DNA from: Squalus acanthias
Taxonomy: Eukaryota
NCBI GenBank assembly: GCA_030390025.1
Contig: CM059437.1
Coordinates: 53,196,001 to 53,260,000 of the forward strand
DNA: 64,000 bases
Direction: 5' to 3'
Positions 48,345-61,030 of this stretch are shown here, one piece after another. The notes beneath the pieces are model-generated. The model searched no databases. It was not told where the DNA came from and worked only from the letters and a program-made list of their open reading frames with translations. Position 1 is the first letter of the stretch. Every line of letters starts with the position of its first letter. A program made the position numbers and the translations under genes.

Positions 48345-51300
48345 CTGTAATGAAAACGATTGTGTTTATTGAAGAAAAATACTGTAATCATATAACATGC
48401 ATTACACACACGTACAATGCAACTCCATGCTCAGTGGTAGCACTCTCCGCCGCTGAGCCAATAGGTTGTGGGTTCAAGTCCCACGCCAAAGACTAGGCTG
48501 TCACTCCAGTGCAGTACTGACTGAGAGCTGCATTGGCCGAGATGCAGTCTTTTGGATGAGACATTAAACTGTTGTTAAGCAGCCGTCGCAGGTGGCTGTA
48601 AAAGACCCTGTGACACTATTTCGAAGAAGAGCAGGGGAGTTCTCCCTGGTATCCTGGCCAATATTTATCCCTCAACCAACATCAGTAAATCAGATTTTTT
48701 CTGGCCATTATCACATCGCAATTTGTGGAGCCTTGCTGTGCCCAAATCGGCTGCTACTTTTCCAAATTACAACAGTGACTACACTGCATAAGTACTTCAT
48801 TTGCTGTAAAGCATTTCCCTGAGGTCATGAAAGGCGCTATATAAATACAAGTTCCTTCTTTCATTTTCTTCTTTAAATCACAGCAACGTAATATAGAACT
48901 AATCACATTCTTTGAATCGAATGGCCAGACCCTTATTGTCAATTTGACATCTTTCTATGGAACAAATCTAAGATCAGTATTCTCAGTATCACACAAAAAT
49001 CCTTTCTTTACAAAGGGATTTACTATTTCCTTACATATAGTACAGAGAGGAATTTTCCCACACAGGGGTCAAATTAAGATTTAATAACTGCCACACAACG
49101 GTTCATATCCACAGATCTCTGAAGGTTGCCACTCAAGTGGATAGAGCAGTAAAGAAGGCCTATGGTGTGTTGGCGTTTATTAACAGAGGGTTTGAGTTTA
49201 AGAACCGTGAGGTTATGCTGCAACTGTACAGGACCTTGGTGAGACCACATTTGGAATATTGTGTGCAGTTCTGGTCACCTCACTATAGGAAGGACGTGGA
49301 AGCATTGGAAAGAGTGCAAAGGAGATTTACCAGGATGCTGCCTGGTTTGGGGGGGAGGTCTTATGAGGAAAGATTGAGGGAGTTGGGGCTTTTCTCTTTA
49401 GAGCGGAGGAGGATGAGAGGCGACTTAATAGAGGTTTATAAGATGATGAGGGGGATAGATAGAGTGGATGTTCAGAGACTATTTCCTCGGGTAGAGGCAG
49501 CTGTTACAAGGGGGCATAACTATAAGGTGCATGGGGGGAGATATAGAAGGGATGTCCGAGGTAGATTCTTTACTCAGAGAGTGGTTGGGGTGTGGAATGG
49601 ACTGCCTGCTGTGATAGTGGAGTCGGACACTTTAGGAACTTTCAAGCGGTTATTGGATAAGCACATGGAGCACACCAGAGTGATAGGGAGTGTGATAGCT
49701 TGATCTTGGTCTCGGACAATGCTCGGCACAACATCGAGGGCCGAAGGGCCTGTACTGTGCTGTACTGTTCTATGTATTCTATGTATTCATTTCAGAAGAA
49801 GAATCTTTAAATATTGACTAACATGTGGTTGTAAAAGAACTCGAGAATTATGTTCACATACAGAGCAGTAAAATGTTTGCTACCTTGAAGAATATTAAAT
49901 TAACAACATGTAAAACTGGAAAAAAAATCCTTTTACGCCGTTTCTGCAGGGTTTACTCCAATGGTCACGCAAGAAATCCGGGAGAAAATTCAGTGGAAAT
50001 CCTACCCCATTGTGTTTACCATGCCAATATTTGCATACAGACTTGTAACTTTTGGTTGAAATCAAAATATTTTGTGACACTGATACCAAATAATACGTGG
50101 AAGGCAGAAAACAGATGTTTCCAACAGTATTGTAGTTTATAGCTTTACGGTATGAATGGGCGTCAATCCAATCTCCCCATATCAGGGATTACATGTACCT
50201 GTTCATACTTGGACTCAAACTATATATAAATTCGCAAACGTAAATTCCCAGCAGCCTTTTATATATCGAAGTTCCAACTAAGAAAAACAACGGAAAGTCG
50301 TCGACTTCAGATTAACTTATCGAAGAGCTTTCTCTCAGAGCTCGATATGTAATGAAACACAAACCCTCTCTTTATGAAGGAAATTCGTTACACATAGCGA
50401 ACCTTTCTCCAAGTGAGAAACAGTACCTGTTATCGAAAGTATGTTTTGAGCTCGGTGTTATTTGGGGATATTAGACAAGCTCCTGGTGATTATTAATCTC
50501 CTCGTACGAAATTAACATCTGTTAAAATTTCTCAGTCCACCAGAAATTAAGGGAGGCACCGATATGCTTTCTCTCTCTCGCTCTCTGTATCTGTCTACCC
50601 CTGTCTATTTCTCTTTGCTTTTCTCTCTGTCTCTCTCTTACTCTTTATCTCTCCGACTATTTGACTCTTTTTTTGTATATTTGCTGTTCGTGCGACACTT
50701 TTAATTATGTTTTTAACACCGATTTTTACAATCTATGAACCATTTCTATTGTTCACGATCTCTGCTTGAAAGGTGAAACTAATCATAGAATTAACCCATC
50801 GTTTCCTTTAAGATTTGAAAATGTGATTGTTTTATGCCCCTAATAAACCAATCACTGTTTAAACCTTGGTTGTAACCTACAGCACCAATTGTTTCATCTG
50901 CCTCAAATTATCACATTAATAATCTAAATGAAAATGTATTTGACTATTTGTTGCATAAAATAAAGAAATACAATATCAATTGTACAGAACGAATCTTGTA
51001 AAAGTTACTTACTCAGAACAGTCAGCTTGGTGCCTCCACCCAAGTTAAGTACGTCGGACTTCCAACAACTACAATAATAATCGGCGTCGTCCTCGGGTTG
51101 AACACCGCTGATGGTTAAATATGCGGCGTTGGTTGACGATTGACTCCTTCCAGAGAATCGATCAGGAATCCCGGAACCCTTGGTTTCACCGTTAAGATCA
51201 TGATAGAGTAGAAATCGAGGAGCATTCCCGGGTTTCTGCTGGTACCATCCTACGTCAGCGTTTCCCAAATTACCCCCAGACGCGCTGCAACTTATTTTCA

Positions 51301-51534
51301 CCGTTCCTTGCGGCGCGATGGATAACGACTGCGGTTGAGTTAATGTAAACTTCGCGTTTGAACCTATAAAAAGATGGAGCAATATTAGAGGCTGGGCTTC
51401 ATATGATTAATATCGTCACTTTATATCTCTATACAACAAAAGATTATTCACAATGAATCCAACGAAACGTTTGCTGAATACTTACAGACTGCGCAAATTA
51501 TCAGCGTTGTGATGACACGCACCCACTCCGACAT
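48016..51534 (-). CDS. Immunoglobulin light chain gene, cluster 2 (lambda-like, germline-joined VJ). Exons: leader 51486-51534, VJ 51013-51363, C 48016-48344
   Basis: Same exon structure and splice sites as cluster 1, open frame; CDR3 SCWKSDVLN followed by [10 protein letters not shown]. Confidence 0.95.
48421..48870 (+). mobile_element. DeuSINE-like SINE, cluster 2
   Basis: Same position as 9772-10225; B box GGTTCAAGTCC. Confidence 0.78.
49086..49788 (+). mobile_element. Young 5'-truncated CR1 in the J-C intron, cluster 2 only
   Basis: Uninterrupted 188-aa RT C-terminus, TTCTATGTA tail; empty site tttaatttctgaag at about 10443. Confidence 0.9.
51013..51363 (-). CDS. IgL cluster 2 germline-joined VJ exon (351 nt)
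   Basis: In-frame V-J fusion, no RSS, 9 nt longer than cluster 1, all of it in CDR3. Confidence 0.95.
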
Positions 51535-51640
51535 CGTGAATTCAATTAGACTCAGAAAGCTCGGCAGTTTGCAGGCAGAAGATTTTAATGTTTACCAGGC
51601 TCGCCTTGTCTTATCAATGTTATGAATGAGGGCGTATTAC

Positions 51641-51718
51641 CACGTGTTCCTTAATTATGCAAATGACCGTGACGTTACAAACCCCGCTTGAGCATCAATG
51701 ATCGGGCCTCCACGTCAC
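51641..51718 (-). promoter_or_regulatory. IgL cluster 2 promoter: octamer ATTTGCAT (51657-51664), E-box and CRE-like motifs
   Basis: Near-identical to the cluster 1 promoter core. Confidence 0.85.
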
Positions 51719-54339
51719 AAGACTTCCAAACTGGAGGTGGCGACATTGGAAAACAGAACCGAACTATAGTGTGATGCTGTACATCACGCACCTCATTTAT
51801 TAATAAGTATATTAACGTGTTGAAATTTATAATTGTGTAAACAGCGTAAAGAAGCCATTATTTTTCACAAATCCACAAGGTACATATTTTTGAACTTTTC
51901 TTTTACACATGTCAGATAGGAAGCAACTTTAATCGCTATTTGCGCCCTTCTAAAGGCAGTGCTGTTCTAACTGTGCAATGTTTAACGACAATTCTCATAC
52001 ACTTAGAGATAAATCCGCAGAAATTCAGCTGCATTCCTACAGAATATAGCTTGATTATATATTATCTTTACAATGAAGTAACATTTTACAAAGAACTCAA
52101 AGATGTTAGCACACTGCGGTTTATTTGAGCCTTCTCTACTAGGTGCATTTACGCAGCAATAGCTTAAAGAGAAAGCTTTAATCTAATTTATGCCACACAT
52201 TGATATCTGTTTCTTCAATTCAAACATCAGATAATTTAGTAGGAAAAATTAAACATTTTGTCACTGAAGTTATTCCTGTTTTAAAGATTCTAAAGCACTG
52301 GTATATCTTTGGGTTTGTTATACCTGTGCGATTTGAAATTACAGGGAAATGAAATAATTCGCACTACGATGGAGAAATCGGCAGATACACGGCAGATTAA
52401 ATTTAACGCAGGGCAGTGTGACGTGATTCATTTGTGTAGAAAGAAAGAGGAGACGCAATATAAACTAAATGGTACAATTAAGGAGGGTACAGGAACAGAG
52501 AGACCTGGGGGTGTACGTAAACAAGTCTTTGATGGTAGCGGGACAAGTTGAAAAGGCTGTTAAAAAGGCATACGGGATCATTGGCTTTATAAATAGAGGT
52601 ATAGAGTACAAAAGCAAGGAAGCTATGCTAAACTTTTATGAAACTCTGGTTAGGCCCCAGCGGGAATATGGTGGCCAAGTCTGGGCAACACACTTTAGGA
52701 AGCCTGTCAAAGCCTTAGAGAGGGTTCAGAGGAGATTTACTAGAATGGTACCAGGGATGAAAGACTTCAGACACATGGAGAGACTGGAGAAGCTGGGGTT
52801 TTTCACCTAGGAGCAGAGAACGTTAACGGAAGATTTGATAGAGGTGTTCAAAATTATGAGGAGGTTTATAGAATAAATTAGGAGAAAATGTTTCCAGTGG
52901 CGGAAGGGTCGGTAAGTAGAGGACTTAAGGCAATTGGCAAAAGAACCAGAGGCGACGTGAGAAAAAAAATCACGTAGCAAGTTGTTATAATCTGGAATGC
53001 ACTGCCTGAAAGATTGGTGGAAGTAGATTGAATAATAACTTTCAAAAGGATAAATACGTGAAGTGGGGAAATGTGCAGGGCTATGACCTCCTTCTTTGCT
53101 GTATCATTCTGTAATCGTCCAAAACCACAAGTTTCTTTACATAACGGCCTCATTCAACTCATTCCAGTCACCTGGTTACAGAATATGTCAGACAAGTATC
53201 TTTGACTTTATTGGTTGATTCATCCTTAAAGTGGAAAGTAGCATGCCAATCAACCGGCTGAAAGCAAAAAAAAAGCATTATGCAGTTCACACTGTCGTTT
53301 CTTCTTTTTACCACCGGCTCACAGCTTTAAAGTTTATTTAAATATTCATGTCAAATACATCTGAATCTGCGAAGAATTGCACATTTAAAGGGCAGATCTG
53401 AGGTATACGTTTGTTGCAGCAGGATTAAAAATTAATTATAATAATGTACACGTCCAGCGAATATTTACCAGATTTAGACTTTATGGTATTTTGCTTGTGC
53501 GTCATTTGTTAAACCAGAAATGTAACCTCACACAGACCCGTTTTATATAAAAGTATCCGCAGCTACATTTATGTCCACCGACCATTAATTAAACAAAACC
53601 TCGCATGGGTATTCTCCAATACAAACTTTATGTGAGGCATGACGGGTTCATGAGTCTTTCTTTATCACCAGTCAATTATCCTATGAACAACTGAAACTGC
53701 AGTTACCATTGCCGTTCGGTCAACAATTGGACGAGGGTGGATTAGAAATGCCCCATTTTACTTTTAATTTTTCATAAATTGGGTAACTAATCAATATGAG
53801 TCGTACGTTTCAGGGTTTCTTTTCAACCATTTATCCACAGAAAGGATTCGATTTCTAAAGCAAAGTCTAGTCATACACGTTTAAAAAATGAGAGGAATGG
53901 TAATATCTAGTCCTTAAGATTGCAGTCCCCAAAGATCATACACGAAAAACAATTATTTAGCCTATATATGCAATCAATACATACCTCACACCCACTGTAT
54001 TGGGAAGTCTCTGGTCCAGGGTGCCCAACAGCGTCTGTCTGATCTTTCCAATCCATCAGTTAAAATTAGATCTAGATAACACAGTAACAGATAGTGATAA
54101 TCACATTCTTTAACCGAAAGCTGTGATGGAAGGATTTCACTCTGCACTAAAGTTTGAAATGTAGGGAGAGAGGTAGAAGTAATTCTACTTAATTCAAGCA
54201 GAATCGCCCACTGATGTATTATAACATGAAGAGAAGTTGTGCCGATTAAATCAAGTGAGTCTGATCTTAACTGTTACTCTTTATTCTCGCTTTCAATGAA
54301 ATAAAACAGTATATGGATTTGTATCGCATCTTTTTTTCA

Positions 54340-57140
54340 TTCTCTGGATATGGGCATCGCTGGCAAAGCCAGCATTTATTGCCCATCCCTAGTTTCCATT
54401 GGGAAGGCGGTAGTGGGCCTTCTCCTTGATCCAATACACTCAATGTAGTGAAGGTGCTCCCATAGTGCTGTTAGGCAGGCAGTTTCAGAGATTTCACGCA
54501 GCGATGATGAAGGAGCAGTTGCACGTGTACAAGTCAGAATGGGGTATGACTTGGAGGGGAAGTTGGAGGTAATGGCGCTCCCATGCGCCTGCTGCTATTT
54601 TCTTTCGAAGTGATGGAGTTCACAGGTTTGGGATATGCTGTCGAAAAAACCTTGGTGAGTTGTTGCATTGCATCCTGTAGATAGTACACGCTGCAGCCAC
54701 GATGCACCCATGCTGGAAGGAGCGGATGTTTAAGGTGATGGATCAGGTACTGATCAAGTGGAGTACTTTTTCCTGGATGGCATCGAGCTTCTTGAGTGTT
54801 GTTGCAGCTGCACCCAAGCAAATGGCGAGTATTCCATCACACTCATGACTTTGTGCCTTATAAGTGGTAGAGAGGCAGTATGGTGTCAGGAGGTGAGAGA
54901 TTTGCCAAGGAAAACCCAGCCTCTAATTTGCACTAATAGGCACGGCATTTATTTGGCTGGTCCAGTTGAGTTTCGGGTCAATGGTGTTCCCAGGATGTTG
55001 ATGGTCGGGGATTCGGTGATGGCAATCCAACTGAATGTCAAGGGAGGTGGTTAGGCTATCTCTTGTTGGATGCAGGCATAGACTGCTTAATTACCTGAGG
55101 AATTGCGAATGGAGCTGAATACTGTGCAATCATCAGCCAGCTTCCCAACTTCTGATCTTATATTGAGGGAAGATCACCAATGAAGCAGTTGAAGATGGCT
55201 GGGCCTGGGATGCAGCCATTAGGAACACTCGCAGCAATGCCCTGGGGCTGACATGATTGGTGTCAAACAACCACAGTCATCTTTGTTTGTGCTACTTATG
55301 ACGCCAGCCACTGGAGAATTTCCCCCAATCCCATTGACTTGAGTTTTACCTTCGTGCCACACTCGGTCAAATGCTTCCTCAATGTCAAGGGAAGTCACCA
55401 ATGTTCCCGTTAAGTTGCGTGGCCAAATGGCAACGCAGCACTCTGGAGGTCCCACGCAGGCTGCTCACGGACTTTACAATGTAAGTAATCGCGCATGCGC
55501 GAGAAATTGAATGGGCCACGAGGCCAGTTAAAAGTCCCGTGCACCAAAAAAATTACAGCAAACATTGGAAGTCACTCTCACCTCGCTGCTGGAATTCAGC
55601 TCTTATGTTCATGATTGGGCAGAAGGATCATCCACTCTGCTCTTCTGGCTGACGGTGGTTATGAATGTTTTGCCTTGTCTTTTGTACTCACGTGCTGGGC
55701 TCTGCCATCATTGAGGATGGGTATGTTCATGGATCCTCCTCTTCCTTTTCGTTCATTAATTGCCCACCACCGTTCACGACTTGATGTGGTAAAGCAGCAA
55801 AGCTTTGACCTGATCCGTTGGTTGTGGGATCACCTTGCTCCATATATAGCATGCTGCTTCCACTGTTTAGCATGTATGTAGTCCTGTGTTGTAGCTTCAC
55901 CACGTTGGCGCCTCATTTTCAGTTGCACCTAGTGCTGCATCCAGCACTCTCTTCTTCACTCCTCGTCGAACCAGAGTTGGTCATCTGGCTTGATGGTGAT
56001 GTTGGAATGATGCATTTGACAAGCCATGAGATTACAAATTGTAGTCGAATACATTTCTGCTGCTGATGATGGCTCACAGCACCTCATGCAGGCCCAGTTT
56101 TGAGCTGCTAGCACTGTTTATAGTCTATCTCTCTTTGCACGATGGTAGTGCCACACAACACGATGGAGGGTCTTCTTAGTGTGAAGATGGGACTTGGACT
56201 CCACAAGAACTGTGCGGTGGCCACTCCTACCAGTAAAGTCATGGGCAGAGTCATCTGCAATAGGTGCATTAATGAGGGCGAGGTCAAGTAGGGTATACCC
56301 TTGTGTTGGTTCTATCACCATCTGTTGCAAGCCCACCCTGCAGATATGTTCTTGAGGACATGGCAAACTTGTTTAGTGGTGGTACTACCAAGCCACTCTT
56401 GGTGATGAACATTGAAGTATCCCAGCCAGAGTAATAAGATCTGTGCCCTTGCTATCCTCAGTGCTTTCTCCAAGTGGTGGTCAACATGGAGGAGTACTGA
56501 TTTATCAGCTGAGGGGGTGGGGAGAGGTAATCAGCAGGAGGTTTCCTTGCCCATGACTGCCCTGAAGACTTGAGACTTCATGGGGTCTGGAGTCAATGTT
56601 GAGGCCTCCCAGGGCCACTGCCACCCCATTGTATGCCACTGTTCCCTCACCTCTATTAGGTCTGACCTGCTGGTAGGACATGGATGGTGATGGAGGCATC
56701 TGGGACATTGGCTGATAGTTATGATTCTGTGAGTATGACTCTGTCAGGCTGTTGCTTGACTAGTCTGAGGGACAGCTCTCCTAACTTTGGCAACAGATGT
56801 TAGTGAGGATGACTTTGCATGGTTGACTGGGATGAGTGTGCCGTTGTCATGTTTTAATCCAATGCCGAGGTCACAGCCGAGAGGTACATTCAGTTTTATA
56901 CTTCTTATTCTTTGTAGCAGTTTGAAAAAACTGAGAATCTAGAGATGCTAGACCACTTCAGAGGACAGTTAAGGTTCAACCGTTTGGGTGTGGGACTGGA
57001 GTGACATATAGGCCAGACTTGGTAAGGATGGCAAGGTTTCCTTCCCAAAGCGCATTGATGAAACAGTTGGCTTTTTACGACAATCCGACTCCTTCATGGT
57101 CACTTTTGCTGACATCAGCTCTTTATTCCAGATGTTTTTT
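54340..57140 (-). mobile_element. Decayed near-full-length tRNA-headed LINE
   Basis: Tail at 54340, RT (LDIEEAFDRVWH) and APE remnants, part of the head near 57000-57140. Confidence 0.78.
55399..55567. mobile_element. hAT-type MITE (169 bp)
   Basis: Perfect 8-bp TSD GAAGTCAC (55391-55398, 55568-55575); termini CAATGTT ... AACATTG. Confidence 0.85.
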
Positions 57141-57469
57141 TAGTCCAACTTTGAAAAGATTGGAGAGGCACATGCAAAGATATGAATATGTAGTTCACAT
57201 CACAAGGGGCTGCATCTCTTGGGTTAAGCTATCCTAGACTTAAGGTAACACTGGCTGACTCCTAAATGTAAGACACTCAGACCAAATATGACTCAATAGC
57301 TCCACTGCAACCGACACAATATTCAACAGCAGACCTGAACTTATAACTTTTGGTAGTTGTTCCCTGGGATACTGAGTTACACTGCTGATGAAATCAGTCT
57401 CAAACAGTTAGAATTTAGAAAGGAACAGAAACAGAAACAGAGACTGCCTGAGTTTGTCTTTTCTTTTTC

Positions 57470-59697
57470 AATCCTGGGATATGGGCGTCGCTGGCAATGC
57501 CAGCATTTATTGCCCATCCCTATTTGTCATCGAGAAGGTGGTGGTGAGCAGTCTTCTTGAAACACTGCAGTCCGTGTGGTGAAGGTACTCCCATAGTGTT
57601 GTTAGAGAGAGAGTTCCAAGATTTTGACCCAGCGACTATGACGTCCAAGTGTTCCCATGCGCCTGTTGCCCTTGTCCTTCTAGCTGATAGAGGTCGTAGG
57701 TTTGGGAAGTGTTGTCGAAGAAACCTTTGCGAGTTGCTGCGGTGCATCTTGTAGATGGTGCACACTGCAGCCACGGTGCACTGGTGGTGGAGGGATTGAA
57801 TGTTTCAGGTAGTGGATGAGGTGCCAATCAAGCGGGCTGCTTTGTCTTGGATGGTGTCCAGCTTCTTGAGTGTTGTTGGAGCTGCACTCATCCAGGCAAG
57901 AGGAGAGTATTCCATCACACTCCTGACTTGTGCCTTGTAGATGGTGGAAAGGCTTTGGGGAGTCAGGATGTGAGACACTCGTCGCAGAATTCCCAGCCTC
58001 TGACCTGCTCTTGTAGCTACAGTATTTATTTGACTGGTCCAGGTAAGTTTCTGGTCAACGGTGAATCCCAGGTTATTGATGGTTGGGGTTTCGGCGATGG
58101 TAATCCCGTTGAATGTCAAGGGGCGGTGGTTAGACGTTCTCTTGTTGGAGATAGTCATTGCCTGGCACTTGTATGGCACGAATGTTACTTGCCACTTATC
58201 AGCCCAAGCCTGAATGTCGTTCAGGTCTTGCTGAATGCGGGCATGGACTACTTCATTATCTGAGGAGTTGTGAATGGCGCTGAACACTGTGCAATCATCA
58301 GCGAACATCCCCACGCCTGACCTTATGATGGAAGGAAGGTAATTCATGAAGCAGCTGAAGGTGGTTGGGCCTAGCACACTGCCCTGAGGAACTCGTGTAG
58401 ATGGTGGAAAGGCTTTGGGGAGTCAGGAGCTGAGATAATAGCAGCAGAATCCCCAGCCTCTGACCTGCTCTTGTAGCCACAGTACTTATGTGGCTGGTCC
58501 AGTTAAGTTTCTGATCAATGGTAACCCCCCAGGAAGTTGATGTTGGGGGATTCGGCGATGGTAATGCCGTTGAATGTCAAGGGGCAGTGGTTAGGCGCTC
58601 TCTTGTTGGAGATAGTCATTGCCTTGCACTTGTGTGGCACAAATGTTACTTGCCACTTATCAACCGAATCGACAGGTCTTGTCGCATGCATGCATGGGCT
58701 GCTTCGTTATCTGAGGAGTTGTGAATGGACCTGAACACTGCAACCATCAGCGAATATCCCCTCTTCTGACCTTATGATGGAGGAAAGTTCATTGATGAAG
58801 CAGTTGAAGATGGTTGGGCCTAGGACACTGCCCTGAGGAAGTCCTGCAGCGATGTCCTGGGGCTGTGATGATTGGCCTCCAACAACCACAACCATCTTAC
58901 TTTGTGCTAGGTATGACTCCAGCCAGTGGAGAGTCTTTCACCGATTCCCATTGAATTCAACGTTACTAGGGCTCCTTGATGCCACACTCGGTCAAATGCT
59001 GCCTTAGTATCAAGGGCAGTCACTATCACCTCACCTCTGGAATTCAGCTCTTTTGTCCATGTTTGGACCAAGGCTGTAATGAGGACTGGAGCCGCGTGGT
59101 CCTGGTGGAACCCAAACTGAGGATCGATGAGCAGATTATTGGTGAGTAATTGCCACTTGGATGGCATACCCAGGGATGGTGATGGAGGAGTCTGGGACAT
59201 TGGCAGAAATGGATAATTCTGTTCGTATGACTAAGTCAGCTGTTGCTTGACTAGTCTGTGGGACAGCTCTCCCTATTTTGGCACAATCCCCAGATGTTGG
59301 TGAAGAAGACTTTGCAGGTTCGACAGGTGCGCCATTGTCATGTCCGAAGCCAGTGCCGGGTGGTCCGTCTGGTTTTATTCTTATTATGGTTTCTTGTAGC
59401 GGTTTGTTACAACTGAGTAGCTTGCTAGGTCATTTCAGAGAGCAGTTAAGAGTCAACCACATTGCTGTGGGTCTGGAGTCAAATATAGGCTAGACCAGGT
59501 GGCAGGTTTCCTTCCTAAAGGACATTGGAGGGAAGGAGATGGGTTTTTACGACAATCCGGTAGTTTCATGATACTAGCTTTTTAGTCCAGATTTCTTTAA
59601 TTAACTGAATTTAATTTCTACAGCTGCCGTGGTGGTATTTGAACTCACAATCTCTGGATTACTGGTCCAGTAACATAGCCTCTATGCTACCATTCCC
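57470..59697 (-). mobile_element. tRNA-headed LINE with internal deletion and internal duplication
   Basis: RT ORF 57805-58377; about 58395-58850 repeats about 57935-58390; head with B box GAGTTCAAATACC at about 59634-59646. Confidence 0.8.
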
Positions 59698-59712
59698 GAG
59701 TTCGGCTGAATA

Positions 59713-60389
59713 TGTGGAACAGATTGCTTGAGAAAAATTCAAAGCTAAATCAGAACTAAAAGCCACTGGTATAGATATAACTAACCACAGTAGTGGCTAA
59801 AGCTAGTTTTAGAGCAGTTGAAAGATTAGCTTAGATGGAACTTGGCTCATATGACTTTGATAGTGAAAGGGTTAAAATACTGTTCTGTAAAGACAATCTC
59901 AGGCCAAATGGGAAAGCATTGGAATGAGCTCAGGTAGAACAATGCAAGAAAAACAGCATATAGAGACCTTGAAATAAGCGAACTGGAGCCACCTACTACA
60001 GAAAAGATCTGACTGGGCCTCATGGAACTGCTAGCAGTTTCGCGCCGAAACCAATCACGTGATATATTGCAGCATTGGACACAAAGGGTTCAAGTCAGTT
60101 TCAGACAAAATAATAGCACTTGGTGCCATTGTTAAACCAAATCCTGAGACCAAAGTAGCGTGTTACAGCAAAAGCATTAATACAGAATGCAGTGTATATC
60201 TGATCAAGAACTGACCTGGATTGTTAACGCTCTTGTACCCCGATAGGTATCTAACTTGTGGGTTTAATAGACGTATTTGATTGCTTGTAATCACTTATAT
60301 GTTCAATAAATCTTGAAAGTTAACTTGTCTCCAGTGTCTAAGCCTTTCTTGGGACTGGACTGGAAGTCCTATACTGTATCAGTCCAACA
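59713..60389 (+). mobile_element. Possible LTR
   Basis: TG...CA ends and internal AATAAA (60305); no second copy, TSD or clear PBS. Confidence 0.25.
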
Positions 60390-60789
60390 TTGTTAACCAG
60401 ATCAAAAGAGGCAGGAATTGAGTTCGTGACATTGGCGGCCAGGGAGCAACGGTGCCAGTATGAGACTGAGGAGAAAGACAAAGAAGGGGCATTCAAGTTA
60501 TAAATGTTGAATATGAGGCTGAGAAGGAGTACGGGGCAGAAGGAGGAATAACGTAGATAGCAATTAATAAGGGAATAATGCAAATTCGAGGTCAATAAGA
60601 GTAATAAACCTTGGCAACATGACGCTGATGCGAGGAAGAAAGAGCATCATCAGATTCTTGATGTGCCAGAGAAACAGTGAGGTCACGGAAATCAGAGCTA
60701 TCATTTTATTAAATTAAATGTTATTCCAAATTTCAAAGAGGGGATGGTAGCAATAGTTTTATCTGGGTATTTGAAGTGTTAGTCAAAGA

Positions 60790-61030
60790 CCACAAGGAGG
60801 ACCCAGAAGTGTACACAGTACTCCAGATATGGTCTAACCAGGGCTTTGTATAGCTGTAGCAAAACTTCCTCCACTGTATATTCTAGCCCTCTAGGCATAA
60901 ATGCTAACATTCCATTAGCCTTTTTGATTATTATTTGTACCTGACTACTACATTTTAGTGATCTGTGTACATGGCCCCCTAAATCTCTTTGGACCTCCAT
61001 TGTTCCTATCTTTTCACCATTTACAACATG
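60790..61030 (-). mobile_element. CR1 RT fragment
   Basis: KKANGMLAF...LVRPYLEYCVHFW. Confidence 0.8.

Larger units (their letters stand above)
39529..54383 (+). repeat. Segmental duplication, copy B
   Basis: Position 1 (tcctcctgatcagg) matches 39529; homology ends after gcatttattgcc (15049/54383). Confidence 0.95.

Noticed and set aside
39529-54383. Duplication as a pure assembly or haplotig artefact
   Set aside because: Divergence around the genes, different CDR3s and copy-specific insertions exceed what allelic variation would give.
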